Assembly: GCA_050011995.1 (NCBI GenBank)
Contig: JBEKIA010000031.1
Coordinates: forward strand, 1 to 43,986
Origin: Verrucomicrobiota bacterium
GTDB taxonomy: Bacteria; Verrucomicrobiota; Verrucomicrobiia; Limisphaerales; Palsa-1400
Direction of reading: 5' to 3'
DNA length: 43,986 nt
Shown one piece after another: positions 25,832-35,483 of the stretch. Every line of letters begins with the position of its first letter. Within the stretch, counting starts at the first letter, position 1. Below the pieces are notes generated by a model. That model saw nothing but the letters and a program-made list of their open reading frames with translations. It did no database searches and had not been told where the DNA came from. A program made the translations under genes and the position numbers.

Positions 25832-28800
25832 TTACTTGAGCAGCCCGAGAACGCGGTTCGCCTCGGCGGCCATGTCCGCCGAGGCAAGCTTCAACGCCAG
25901 GGCCTTCTGCAGCGCCGTTTTCGCCTGGGCGTTCTGCTTGAGCGCGTAGTAGTCCATGCCCAGATACCAAAACAGCTCGGCGTCATTCTGTTTTTTCTGG
26001 GCGCTCTGATTCAACGAGACGACGGATTTTGTGTAATTCTTGCGCCGGTACTCCAACAGGCCCGCGGCCTTGGCCAGGTCCGCATCGTCTGGAAACGCCT
26101 GGGCGGCTTTGGCTTCATAGTCATAAGCCTTGGCGTCGTTGCTGCCATCGCGCGCGTAGAGGAGGAACAACTGCCGGACAGCCGGGACAAAGAGAGGGTA
26201 GGCGGCCAAGACATTCTCGTAGGACGGTTCGGCCTCCTTGGCCTTGCCTTGTTGCTCCTGAATCAGGCCCCAGGCCATCAAGGCCGGGGCGTAGTTGGTG
26301 TCCGCCTGCAAGACCTGCTGGACACGGGCGGCGGCCTGGGGCGGGGCGGCGTTGCTGTAGATCGCCGTCATCTCGAGGAATTGTTTGGCGTCGTTGAGCT
26401 TGTCAAAGGGGGCGCCGGTTTGCACCGCGCTTCGCATGGAGGCCTGCGCCTGGGCCACATTGCCCACGCTGAAGTAAGCCCAGGCCAGATCGTGCAGCAG
26501 ATCCGGCTGCGCCGGGAGCGCGCGGGCGGCGGCTTGCAGCAGGGTCAGGGCGTAAGGATAGTCACGGGCCTGAAAAGTTATCCGGCCCAAGGCCTCGATG
26601 ATGTTGGGATCGTCCGGGAGGAGGTTGTGGGCGTTTCTGGCCAGGGCCAAACCTTTTTGGGGCTGATTGAGTTTGGTGGAATCCAGGACGGCCAGCCGGA
26701 TGATGGCGCGCGCATTCTCGGGGCTTTGTTGAATCACATTTTCATAGGTCGCGGCGGCTTTTTCAAAATCGCCATCCCGCTCTTGAAAGGCGGCCATGCG
26801 GATCAGGGCTATGGGGTCGGCGGGATCGGCCTGGATTTGTTTTTCCAAGGCGGCGCGGTCGGCGGCGGGGGCTGTCTTGGGGTCGAGATCGAGAATTTTC
26901 AGGCGGCGCAGGGCATCGTTGGTGGCATCAAAATCCATTTTGGAAAGGGCAAATTTCAAATTCAGCCGGGCGGATTCCTCCTCTCCAAGCATGTAATGGG
27001 CCATGCCGAGATGGTAGTGAACCTCCCCGTTGTTGGGTTGCTTATCCGCGCTGTCCTGCAACAAGGCCACCGCGTGCGCGTAGTCATGCTTCCTGTGGAG
27101 AATCCATCCCAGAGTGTCGGTCACATACGGGTCGTAGGGATAAAGCTCCCGGGCTTTCTCGGCCAGTTTGAAGGCATTGTCGAGGTCGTTGAAGCGCTCG
27201 GAATAGAGATAGGCCAGAGTGTTCAGGGCGGTGGCGGAACGCGGGTCCAGGGCGAGAACTTTCTCGTAGTCGGCGCGCGCGGCGTCATATTCTTTCAACT
27301 GATTGTGGATCGTGCCGATTTCCATCAAAGCGGAGGGGCTGTTGGTCAGACTGATGAGGGCGTTGAGCTTGTCCAGGGCTTGCTTCTGCTGATTCTGGGC
27401 CACGTAAAGCCTGGCCAGCAGGAGGTAGGGCTGCGGAAGTTTGGGGTCCATCTCAATGACCTTTTCCAAGTCGGCTTGAGCTTGGGCATTGTCCTTTTGC
27501 CGGATGTGGATTTGGGCCTGCAAGAGCCAGGGCAGCGGGGCTTTCGGGTCCTTGTCCATTTGCTTTTTCACGCGTTCCAAAGCAGGCGCAAAGCGCGATT
27601 GGATGAGGTCCAAATCCACCAGTCCCTCCAAGGCGGGAATGTAATCGGGATTGATGACAAGCGATTTCTCGAAGGCGGCGCCCGCCTCCGCCAGTTTGTT
27701 CTGATTGAGCCAGGCCCGTCCCTCGAGGAAGTGAATTTGCGCCTCTTTGGGATACGATTCTTCCATGCCCCGATAGATGGCAATGGCTCGATCGGGGGAG
27801 TTTTGGATCAGGTAGGCCTGGGCGAGGATCAAGCTGGCTGGAATAGTGACAGCCGGGGGGAGATTGGTCTGTTTGAGCAAGGGCGTGAGCAGCACCAGGG
27901 CCGGAGCGGTGTTGCCCTGCCGCATGTTCAGATCGGAGAGCATGAGCTTGGCCGGAGCATAATTGGTATCCAGTTCCAGGGAGCGGTTGAGGCTGGAGAG
28001 GGCTTTGGGCCTGTCCCCGTTCAGGATGTAGGCCATGGCCAGTTGATAGGGAATTTGGGGGCGGGGATCTTTTGGATTCACGGCGGCCAGATGTTCGAAG
28101 TCCGCCACCGCTTGTTTTGCGTCTTTCTTTGCCAGACTCACATCCCCCTTGCACAGGAGGGCATCGGAATTGTTTGGCTCACGAGCCAGCACCTGGGAAA
28201 TATAAGAATTGCACTCATCGAACTTGCCTTCGCCCAAGGAGAACCTCATCAAGAGAAGCAAGGGCGGCAGGTAGTCGGGCGCCTGGCGGCTCAGTTCCCG
28301 CATGCTCTCCACAGCCTGGTTGGTGGCTCCGGTTTGGGCTTGGAATTCCGCATACATGGTACGCACGGAGGAGCGAAGCGGAGCCAGTTCAACCGCGGTT
28401 TTGTAGGCTTGGTCCGCCCCTTTGAGGTCTTTGCGGAAAGCGGACAATTTGGCCAATCCAACATAAACCAAACTCGACTTGGGATCCAGGCTCTTGGCCT
28501 TGTTGAACTCGGTTTCGGCGGCGGCCATGTTGGTTTCGCGGGCGTCAATAATGCCGAAAGCCAAATGATAGCTGCCGCGGTCTTGGTCTTGCTTCTCAAG
28601 TTGTTCGATATAGCGGCGGGTTTGCTCGGCATCCTCCGCGCCTCGAATCGCATCGCAGAGCGACACCAGGGCTCTTTCATCCCCCGGCTTGAGTTTGAGG
28701 GCGCGCCGGGCGGCCTCTTTGGCTTCCGCAGGACGGTTGCCCCCCGCCCAGATGTTGGCCAGCTCAATCTGGATCTGGGCATTGTCCGGCTCTTTTTTGG

Positions 28801-29080
28801 CGGCTTCCGCCAAATACGCCAACGCCGGCATGGTCCGGCCTTCGGCGGCATAGACCAGCCCGAGTTGGCCCAAAGCTCTTGGATTGGGCGGGGACATCAT
28901 CCGGCAGGCGTTGCTGTAGGCCGTCTCCGCCTTGGCATATTCCCCGGCTTGATAATAGCGGTCGGCGCGGTCCATGGCGCGGTTGGTCCGGGCCGCCTTG
29001 GTGCAACCGCCTCCCGCGGCGGCAGCCAGGGCCAGCGCCAGGAGGACGAGGAAAGATCGCGATCGCATTAAGGTTGTCAT
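25832..29080 (-). CDS. Large TPR lipoprotein (PrsT-like)
   Basis: Lipobox AGGGC; TPR repeats throughout; LNTLAY...DTLGWIL motif; exosortase/EPS context. Confidence 0.85.
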   Translation of the reverse strand: MTTLMRSRSFLVLLALALAAAAGGGCTKAARTNRAMDRADRYYQAGEYAKAETAYSNACRMMSPPNPRALGQLGLVYAAEGRTMPALAYLAEAAKKEPDNAQIQIELANIWAGGNRPAEAKEAARRALKLKPGDERALVSLCDAIRGAEDAEQTRRYIEQLEKQDQDRGSYHLAFGIIDARETNMAAAETEFNKAKSLDPKSSLVYVGLAKLSAFRKDLKGADQAYKTAVELAPLRSSVRTMYAEFQAQTGATNQAVESMRELSRQAPDYLPPLLLLMRFSLGEGKFDECNSYISQVLAREPNNSDALLCKGDVSLAKKDAKQAVADFEHLAAVNPKDPRPQIPYQLAMAYILNGDRPKALSSLNRSLELDTNYAPAKLMLSDLNMRQGNTAPALVLLTPLLKQTNLPPAVTIPASLILAQAYLIQNSPDRAIAIYRGMEESYPKEAQIHFLEGRAWLNQNKLAEAGAAFEKSLVINPDYIPALEGLVDLDLIQSRFAPALERVKKQMDKDPKAPLPWLLQAQIHIRQKDNAQAQADLEKVIEMDPKLPQPYLLLARLYVAQNQQKQALDKLNALISLTNSPSALMEIGTIHNQLKEYDAARADYEKVLALDPRSATALNTLAYLYSERFNDLDNAFKLAEKARELYPYDPYVTDTLGWILHRKHDYAHAVALLQDSADKQPNNGEVHYHLGMAHYMLGEEESARLNLKFALSKMDFDATNDALRRLKILDLDPKTAPAADRAALEKQIQADPADPIALIRMAAFQERDGDFEKAAATYENVIQQSPENARAIIRLAVLDSTKLNQPQKGLALARNAHNLLPDDPNIIEALGRITFQARDYPYALTLLQAAARALPAQPDLLHDLAWAYFSVGNVAQAQASMRSAVQTGAPFDKLNDAKQFLEMTAIYSNAAPPQAAARVQQVLQADTNYAPALMAWGLIQEQQGKAKEAEPSYENVLAAYPLFVPAVRQLFLLYARDGSNDAKAYDYEAKAAQAFPDDADLAKAAGLLEYRRKNYTKSVVSLNQSAQKKQNDAELFWYLGMDYYALKQNAQAKTALQKALALKLASADMAAEANRVLGLLK

Positions 29081-29081
29081 A

Positions 29082-30092
29082 TCAGATTTTTTGTTGGGGG
29101 TTGTCTTCGAATTCGACAGTGTTTTGCATTTTGGATTCAGTTTTTCGCAGCCAGATCAGAAACAAAAAGAAAGGGATGAGCGAGAGGGCGAAAAAGACCG
29201 GCCCGCCCTGGCGGTGAATCCAGGAGTGAATCATGCCGTGGCTGATGTGAACGCAAAGTTCACCGACGACAAAAATACGGAAGCCGTTCCTCACGATGGC
29301 CAGAGGGATGACGAACAAGGCCAAAAAGACCCGCCGCCACGTCGAGCGCAAAAAGAGGTTCCCCGCCAGCAGGCTGGTAATGAGCAGGACCTGGCTGGAA
29401 TGGATGCCGCTGCACTCCGGCGCCACCCTCAGACGGAAATCCGTCGGCAGATTCAGTGTCAGCCCCTCTTGTCTGCAGTGGGTGAAGGCCAGACTGAAAA
29501 AGCCGTGGGCGGCGGCGGCGGAAGTGTGTTGGAAGAAGGTTTCCAGCCCGTCATTGACGATCTTCGGATAAGGAACCATGAACAGCAGCATGGCGAGGGG
29601 GAAGGCGATCGCCGACATCATGGCGGCGCCCAGAGAGGCAAAACCCGCGGCCAGCAGCAGCAGCAAGAACCCCAGCATCATCACGGCCAGATAATCTTGT
29701 TCCGCCGGAATCCATCCCTTTTGCAGCGCATACCAATAAAGCGCCAGGACCGCCCCTCCCGCCGCCGCCGCCGCCGCCGCCGCTCCCCAGCCCGGGCGGA
29801 CCTCCGCGCCCAGCCCGGCGCGCCGGATCCAGATGAGATACCCGGTTATCAGGGGCATCAGCGGCATGTAGGAATAAAACTGGCTGTCCATGGAGAACCC
29901 CACCCAATCGCAAAGAGGGACGATGAAACAAAGCGCCAGAACGGCCGCCAGCGCCGCCAGCGCCAGGAAAGGCCTCCACCCCGGTGTCCGCTTTCCCCGC
30001 GGCGCCCCGGGCGCGGGCGCGGAAGGCGCTTTTGGAGAGTCACCCGCCGCATTAGGATTGCCGGGATTCCGCATGCCATCGCTCCGTTTCAA
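29082..30092 (-). CDS. Exosortase, probably VPDSG-CTERM-specific (XrtC-like)
   Basis: About 8 TM helices; catalytic Cys in VAPECSG, Arg in NGFRI, His in WIH; no fused EpsI domain. Confidence 0.9.
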   Translation of the reverse strand: MKRSDGMRNPGNPNAAGDSPKAPSAPAPGAPRGKRTPGWRPFLALAALAAVLALCFIVPLCDWVGFSMDSQFYSYMPLMPLITGYLIWIRRAGLGAEVRPGWGAAAAAAAAGGAVLALYWYALQKGWIPAEQDYLAVMMLGFLLLLLAAGFASLGAAMMSAIAFPLAMLLFMVPYPKIVNDGLETFFQHTSAAAAHGFFSLAFTHCRQEGLTLNLPTDFRLRVAPECSGIHSSQVLLITSLLAGNLFLRSTWRRVFLALFVIPLAIVRNGFRIFVVGELCVHISHGMIHSWIHRQGGPVFFALSLIPFFLFLIWLRKTESKMQNTVEFEDNPQQKI

Positions 30093-30145
30093 TCAAATGA
30101 TCTTGTGTTCTGTTGCTGCGCGTCTCCTTCTCGAAATCAGGTTCC

Positions 30146-31540
30146 CTAATAACGCCAGCCTATTTCAAGGCCGACCTGGGTGCTGGTCAGGGCATACGCG
30201 GCCAAGCCGGAAGTATAGTCGCTATATGAGTAAAAAACGGAAACCGTGCCCCGTTTCCGAAACGCGCTGGCCACGCTCACCCGGACAAACCGGGAATAAT
30301 CCTCCCGGTTTTGCTGGACGATGGCGGCGGGCGCGCGAGTCGGGGTTTGGGCCGTGAATTCATCCGCTGCGGCAAAGCCGATAAACGGCGTGGTGGTGTA
30401 GCCGCCGCTGATCTCGAAGGTCAAGTATCGCAGCAACCGCTGTTGCAAGGTGGCGCTGAGGCTGGTGTTGACCACCACGTCGTTCGCGTAAAAGGAAGGA
30501 GTCACCGCCCGGCTCGCGGTCAGCGATGCCGCCGTCTGCTCCCAGGGCCGGTAAACGAGGCTCCCGTTAAAAATAGGATTGATCATTTCCGCCCCCAGCA
30601 ATTGCGTGACTTCCAGTCCCGCGCTTGCGGTCATGTTCAGTTTGTCCTTCACCCGCCAATTCATCGTCCCCTGCGCTTGTTCAAACGCCATGTTCGCGCC
30701 CGGCGTGATCAAGTCATAACCCGCCGAGGCATTGAAACCGGCCCCGAATCTGGACCAGAATTGATCGTTCAAGCCGGCGGTCGCGATCCATTGCCGAACG
30801 TCCTGGCTGATGGTTCCCTCTGAAGAAAACCGAAAACTCTGATTCAAGCCCAGTTGGGCGGACAATTGGCTGCCCAATTGCCGGCTGGCCTGGAATACGG
30901 TCAGATAATTCTCCACTTCGGTCAGCGCTTCGGTCTCCACCAGCGGGGCGGAACTGGAGGAGTAAACCTGCGATAAACTCAAGCCCCAGTCTTGATAACT
31001 CGTTTTCCCGGACAACACCACCGACTCATCGGTTGCGTCCGGGAACTCTTTGCTGGAATACATCCGAAGGGTGGGGGTGTAATCCAGCGTCCAATGGGAG
31101 CCCCAGTACAGCGAAAGACCCGGCGAGATCTCCTGGATGACGGTCTTGTAATGATTGGTGGGACCGGTCGGAATGCCGTCGCCGTAAATGAAGCGATACA
31201 GCAAATGGGGGTGAAAGTCCAAAGGACCCAGTTGAAACGGGCCGGGGGCTTGGACAGCAGCTCCGGCCAGCGGCGGAATGCCGCCGTTTTGATTGGTGGT
31301 CAGCGTCTGCGAGGCAGCCTGCCTTTCGTAGGGTTCTGAAGGCGGGGCCAGGACTCCTTGCGCCAACGCCCCGGTGCCGCCCCCCAGGAAACCGAGGAGC
31401 AGAAGGCCGCACCCAAGAACCGCCCCGCCCCGCCGGCAGTGGGCCGGGGTCGGCCTGCGGATCTGATGGACTGTAATGGCTTTGTCCAAAAAACGGACGG
31501 GTTTCAATTTCGCAATGTCGGCGGAGCATAGCCCCATCAA
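30146..31540 (-). CDS. EPS-associated outer-membrane beta-barrel protein
   Basis: Signal peptide-like segment, alternating beta-strand pattern, C-terminal aromatic (IGWRY). Start uncertain. Confidence 0.75.
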   Translation of the reverse strand: MMGLCSADIAKLKPVRFLDKAITVHQIRRPTPAHCRRGGAVLGCGLLLLGFLGGGTGALAQGVLAPPSEPYERQAASQTLTTNQNGGIPPLAGAAVQAPGPFQLGPLDFHPHLLYRFIYGDGIPTGPTNHYKTVIQEISPGLSLYWGSHWTLDYTPTLRMYSSKEFPDATDESVVLSGKTSYQDWGLSLSQVYSSSSAPLVETEALTEVENYLTVFQASRQLGSQLSAQLGLNQSFRFSSEGTISQDVRQWIATAGLNDQFWSRFGAGFNASAGYDLITPGANMAFEQAQGTMNWRVKDKLNMTASAGLEVTQLLGAEMINPIFNGSLVYRPWEQTAASLTASRAVTPSFYANDVVVNTSLSATLQQRLLRYLTFEISGGYTTTPFIGFAAADEFTAQTPTRAPAAIVQQNREDYSRFVRVSVASAFRKRGTVSVFYSYSDYTSGLAAYALTSTQVGLEIGWRY

Positions 31541-31561
31541 ACCGGCGATGTAAAGAGCGGT

Positions 31562-32599
31562 TTATGCGGTCTTCTTCTTTACCTTTTTTACCCATTCCTG
31601 GTTGTCCAGGTACCATTGGATGGTTTCACGGATCCCGCTTTCGAAGGTGTGCGCCGGCTTCCAGCCCAGTTCCTTCTCAATCTTCCCGGCATCCATCGCG
31701 TAACGGCGGTCGTGGCCGGGACGGTCCTTGACAAACTGAATCAGCCGCCGGGAATGCCCGCCCAATTGCGGCGCCATCGCGTCCATCAGATCGCAAATCA
31801 ATTCCACGATGCAGATATTGGCCCATTCATTGTGCCCGCCGATGTTGTAGCTCTCCCCGTCGCGTCCGCGGGTGAGCACCTGCCAAAGCGCCTCGGCGTG
31901 ATCCCCCACATAAAGCCAGTCCCGCACGTTCAGCCCGTCGCCATACACTGGAATGGGTTGCCGGCGGCAGATGGCACCGATGATGACCGGAATCAGCTTC
32001 TCCGGAAATTGGTACGGGCCGTAGTTGTTGGAGCAATTGGTGGTCACCACCGGCAGGCCATAAGTGTGGTGATAGGCGCGCACCAGCAAGTCGCTCGAGG
32101 CCTTGCTGGCCGAGTAGGGCGAATTGGGCGCGTAGGGCGTGGTTTCGGCAAAAAAGCCGGTCGCGCCCAGGCTCCCATAGACTTCATCGGTGGAAACATG
32201 ATGGAAACGGCATTCCAATTGCGGATTGCGGATTGCGGATTGCGGATGGAACCAGAAGCCGCGGCAGGCTTCCAGCAGGTTGAAGGTGCCCACCACGTTG
32301 GTTTGAATAAAGTCGCCGGGGCCGGTGATGGAACGGTCCACATGCGATTCGGCGGCCAGATGCAAGACATGGGTGATCCGATGCTTCTCCACCACCGCCA
32401 GAACGGCGGCTTTGTCGCGCAGGTCGGTTTTTTCAAAAGTGTATTTGCGATGCTGCGCGACTCGCTCCAGATTTTCCAGATGGCCGGCGTAGGTCAGGCA
32501 ATCCAGGTTGACCAACTGGCGGATTTCCGGGCGGTCAATGATGTGATGGATCAAGTTCGATCCGATGAATCCGGCGCCGCCTGTGACCAACAAGTTCAT
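31562..32599 (-). CDS. rfbB: dTDP-glucose 4,6-dehydratase
   Basis: [42 protein letters not shown] and DRPGHDRRY motifs. Confidence 0.96.
   Translation of the reverse strand: MNLLVTGGAGFIGSNLIHHIIDRPEIRQLVNLDCLTYAGHLENLERVAQHRKYTFEKTDLRDKAAVLAVVEKHRITHVLHLAAESHVDRSITGPGDFIQTNVVGTFNLLEACRGFWFHPQSAIRNPQLECRFHHVSTDEVYGSLGATGFFAETTPYAPNSPYSASKASSDLLVRAYHHTYGLPVVTTNCSNNYGPYQFPEKLIPVIIGAICRRQPIPVYGDGLNVRDWLYVGDHAEALWQVLTRGRDGESYNIGGHNEWANICIVELICDLMDAMAPQLGGHSRRLIQFVKDRPGHDRRYAMDAGKIEKELGWKPAHTFESGIRETIQWYLDNQEWVKKVKKKTA
32219..32246. repeat. Intragenic heptamer tandem repeat (TTGCGGA)x4
   Basis: Read directly; encodes the PQSAIRNPQ loop of RfbB. Confidence 0.9.
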
Positions 32600-32612
32600 G
32601 TCAAAGTATGAA

Positions 32613-33560
32613 TCAAGCGCCCAAAGGCGTCCAATTATTCAGCGCATCGGCAAGAGCTTCCTCCACCGGGCGGAGTTTCACGCCCGCGGCCAGGAGTTTG
32701 GACACGTCCAGAACGCAATTGGAGCGCGGGGTTTTGGCCGCCAGCCGGTAAAACTCCTCGTCGTTCGCCCAGAACTCGAAGGGCCGGGCCGGCTTGAGGA
32801 CGCGCCGGATCATCTCCACGACCTGGCGGGTGGAGACAAAACCGGGATTGGTCACGTTGTAAATTCCGAATGGGGCGCGCTTTTGCCAAAGATCCAGGCA
32901 GGCCGCGGCAAAATCGCCGCGATGCGAAAGGGAATTCACGTTGTCGTATACCTTGGCGTAATTCTGCACCTTGCTCAGGTAATTGCGCGGGTTGTCGAAC
33001 TGGTCGAACGGGATGCGCAACCGCCAGATATAGTGCGGACCCGCCTGGCCGAGGGCTTCCTCCGCCAGCGCCTTGGTCCCGCTGTAGAAGCTGCACGGGG
33101 GCCGGCGAAAGCTGAAATTCGGCTCGTCCTCCTCCGTAAAGCCGCCGATGGCCCCGGGCTTTTGTCGCAACAGCGCCTGGCATTCCGGCGCGGTCAGGTC
33201 TTTTTCCACGCGGCCCGCGATTTTGGCGCCGTCATAAATGCAGCCGGAGGAAACGTGGCCGAAGGGAACGCCCTGCGTCGCGCAGGCGTATGCCACCATG
33301 GCGGGAAAGAGCGTGTTGCCCTGCAAGGTGTCCGCCCGGTGGATTTCGCAGGCATCCACGTTGGGCTTGCCGGTGTAGCCGGCGGCGTTGATTAAAAAGT
33401 CCGGTTTGGCGCGGCGCAACAACTCCGTCAACACGTCGAAACGCGTATAGTCGGTCTGGCCGCGCGCCGGGGCCTCGAAAGCCAGGGCGCGCGCCGCCAG
33501 TTCCCGCGCAAAAACCTGGCCGATGTAACCGGTCCCGCCCAGTAAAATGATCTTGCTCAA
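32613..33560 (-). CDS. RmlD-like SDR of the NRS/ER (3,5-epimerase/4-reductase) type
   Basis: [30 protein letters not shown] and LRIPF motifs. TTG start overlaps the rfbA stop. Confidence 0.85.
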   Translation of the reverse strand: MSKIILLGGTGYIGQVFARELAARALAFEAPARGQTDYTRFDVLTELLRRAKPDFLINAAGYTGKPNVDACEIHRADTLQGNTLFPAMVAYACATQGVPFGHVSSGCIYDGAKIAGRVEKDLTAPECQALLRQKPGAIGGFTEEDEPNFSFRRPPCSFYSGTKALAEEALGQAGPHYIWRLRIPFDQFDNPRNYLSKVQNYAKVYDNVNSLSHRGDFAAACLDLWQKRAPFGIYNVTNPGFVSTRQVVEMIRRVLKPARPFEFWANDEEFYRLAAKTPRSNCVLDVSKLLAAGVKLRPVEEALADALNNWTPLGA

Positions 33561-34426
33561 GGTTGTGCTTCCGCCAGCACGCGGCACAGATAGTCCCGGT
33601 ATTCGCACTTGGGGGTTTGGGCCGCCAGCGTCTCAAATTGGGCGCGGTTGATGAATCCGCGCCGGAAGGCCGCCTCTTCCGGGCAACCGATTTTGATGCC
33701 CTGCCGCTTTTCGATGGTCTGCACGTAGGCGGAGGCTTCGTGCAGGCTGCTGCTGGTGCCGGCGTCCAGCCAGGCAAACCCGCGGCTCAATTGGCGCACG
33801 CGCAACTGGCCGCGCCGCAGATACTCCATGTTCACTTCAGTGATCTCCAGTTCGCCCCGCGCCGACGGATGCAATTGGCGCGTGATTTCCAGCACCGTGT
33901 TGTCGTAAAGGTAAAGACCGGGCACGGCGTAATTGCTGCGGGGCGACTTGGGTTTTTCCTCAATGGAAATGGCGCGCCCATCCGCGTCAAACTCCACCAC
34001 GCCGTATCGTTCCGGATCGGTCACCCGATAGCCGAAAATGCAGGCGCCCCCGTCAAACTGCTCGAAGGCGGCCTTGAAACTGTCGGCGCCGTAAAAAATG
34101 TTGTCCCCCAGAATGAGCGTGACCGGGTCGGCGCCGATGAAGGAGGCGGCGATCAAAAAGGCCTGGGCAATGCCGGCCGGTTTGGGCTGCTCGCGGTAAT
34201 CCAGGGTCAATCCCCATTTTCGGCCGTCGCCCAGAAGTTCCTGAAAGCGCGGCAGGTCGCGCGGCGTGGAGATCAGGCAAATTTCGCGCACCCCGTTTTC
34301 CATCAAAGTCGTCAGCGGATAATAGACCATCGGTTTGTCGAAAACCGGCTGCAACTGTTTGCTGGCGACCAGGGTGAGCGGGAAGAGGCGCGAACCCGCC
34401 CCGCCCGCCAGGATAATTCCTTTCAT
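33557..34426 (-). CDS. rfbA: Glucose-1-phosphate thymidylyltransferase
   Basis: KGIILAGG.GSRL.P.T...SKQL, LGDNIF, PSARGELEIT and WLDAGT motifs. Confidence 0.96.
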   Translation of the reverse strand: MKGIILAGGAGSRLFPLTLVASKQLQPVFDKPMVYYPLTTLMENGVREICLISTPRDLPRFQELLGDGRKWGLTLDYREQPKPAGIAQAFLIAASFIGADPVTLILGDNIFYGADSFKAAFEQFDGGACIFGYRVTDPERYGVVEFDADGRAISIEEKPKSPRSNYAVPGLYLYDNTVLEITRQLHPSARGELEITEVNMEYLRRGQLRVRQLSRGFAWLDAGTSSSLHEASAYVQTIEKRQGIKIGCPEEAAFRRGFINRAQFETLAAQTPKCEYRDYLCRVLAEAQP

Positions 34427-34455
34427 AGGATGCCTTCCATGCGAGGCCGGGAAAA

Positions 34456-35460
34456 TCAACGGCGGGCGGCGGGAGAAGGCGGAGAAGCGCCCGCCGGCGC
34501 TTGCCACAAGCGCGCCGCCGCGCGCGCTTTGTGGAGGCAATCCTGCCAGGCGTCCTCCAGGCCCCGCATTTTGACGCCGGTGGCCAGAAGTTTGGAAACG
34601 TCCAGGATGCAATGCGATTGCGGCGCCTTGCCGCCCGCCCGCACAGGCTCTGCCGGGCCGGCGTGGGCATCCAACGGAAGCGGCAGTTGGCCGGCCCGGC
34701 GCATCGTTTCGGCCAGGTGGCGGGTGGTGGCCGCGCCGGGATTGGTCAGGTTGTAAATGCCAAACGGCGCGCCGATTTTCCAGAGGTCCAGACAGGCCCT
34801 CACACAATCGTCCGTGTGGGACAGGGAATCAATGGTGTCGCCGTAATTGGCTTCCCGCTGGAACTGCCAAAGGAAATTGCGCGGATCCTCCCGGTCGCTG
34901 AAGGCCAGGCGGGGCCGCCAGATATAACTCTGGCCGATGTCCCGGATCGCCTCCTCCGCCAGCGCCTTGGTGCCGCTGTGGAAACTGCAGGGCGGGTAGC
35001 GGAAGCAAAAGTTCGGCTCATCCAGCTCGTTAAACCCGGTGAAAAGCTGCGGCTGATTCTCAAACATCTCGCGCGCGCCGGGCCGGCTCAGGTCTTTCTC
35101 CACGCGCGTCCGGCTCTCTTCCAGGATTTTCGCGCCCGTATAAATGGAACCGGAGGACAGATGGCCCCAGGGCGTCTTGGTCATCAGGCAGACGCGCGCG
35201 ATCATTTGCGGGAGCAGGGCGTTGGCCAGCATGGCCTGTTCCCGCCCCGCTTCCAACCCGTCCTCCTCCGGCCGGCAGGAATAGCCGGCGGCGTTGATGA
35301 GGAACGCCGGCTTCATGGTGCGCAAGTAATCAAACAGGTAGTCGAACCGCGTGTAATCGAACGCCCGGCGGGTCAGCGGGATAAACGACAGGCCGCGCCG
35401 CCGCAGTTCGGCGGCGAAAGCCCTGCCAAAATATCCGCTGGAGCCGAGCAGGACGATCAT
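34456..35460 (-). CDS. Divergent paralog of the NRS/ER-type SDR with degenerate catalytic motifs
   Basis: Colinear with 32613-33560, but YxxxK reads HSGTK, GCIY reads GSIY and NVDACE reads EEDGLE. Confidence 0.8.
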   Translation of the reverse strand: MIVLLGSSGYFGRAFAAELRRRGLSFIPLTRRAFDYTRFDYLFDYLRTMKPAFLINAAGYSCRPEEDGLEAGREQAMLANALLPQMIARVCLMTKTPWGHLSSGSIYTGAKILEESRTRVEKDLSRPGAREMFENQPQLFTGFNELDEPNFCFRYPPCSFHSGTKALAEEAIRDIGQSYIWRPRLAFSDREDPRNFLWQFQREANYGDTIDSLSHTDDCVRACLDLWKIGAPFGIYNLTNPGAATTRHLAETMRRAGQLPLPLDAHAGPAEPVRAGGKAPQSHCILDVSKLLATGVKMRGLEDAWQDCLHKARAAARLWQAPAGASPPSPAARR

Positions 35461-35483
35461 GCTGTTTCCTTTGCTTTCCGAAC

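Noticed and set aside
25811-29071. 1086-aa plus-strand ORF, and similar long antisense ORFs (1013-2680, 4746-6395, 16211-18697, 21810-23726)
   Set aside because: These are shadow frames of well-supported genes on the opposite strand, expected in high-GC DNA, and show no recognisable motifs.
29761-29783. (GCC)n tract in the exosortase gene as a phase-variation site
   Set aside because: The trinucleotide unit encodes poly-Ala, so slippage would keep the frame.
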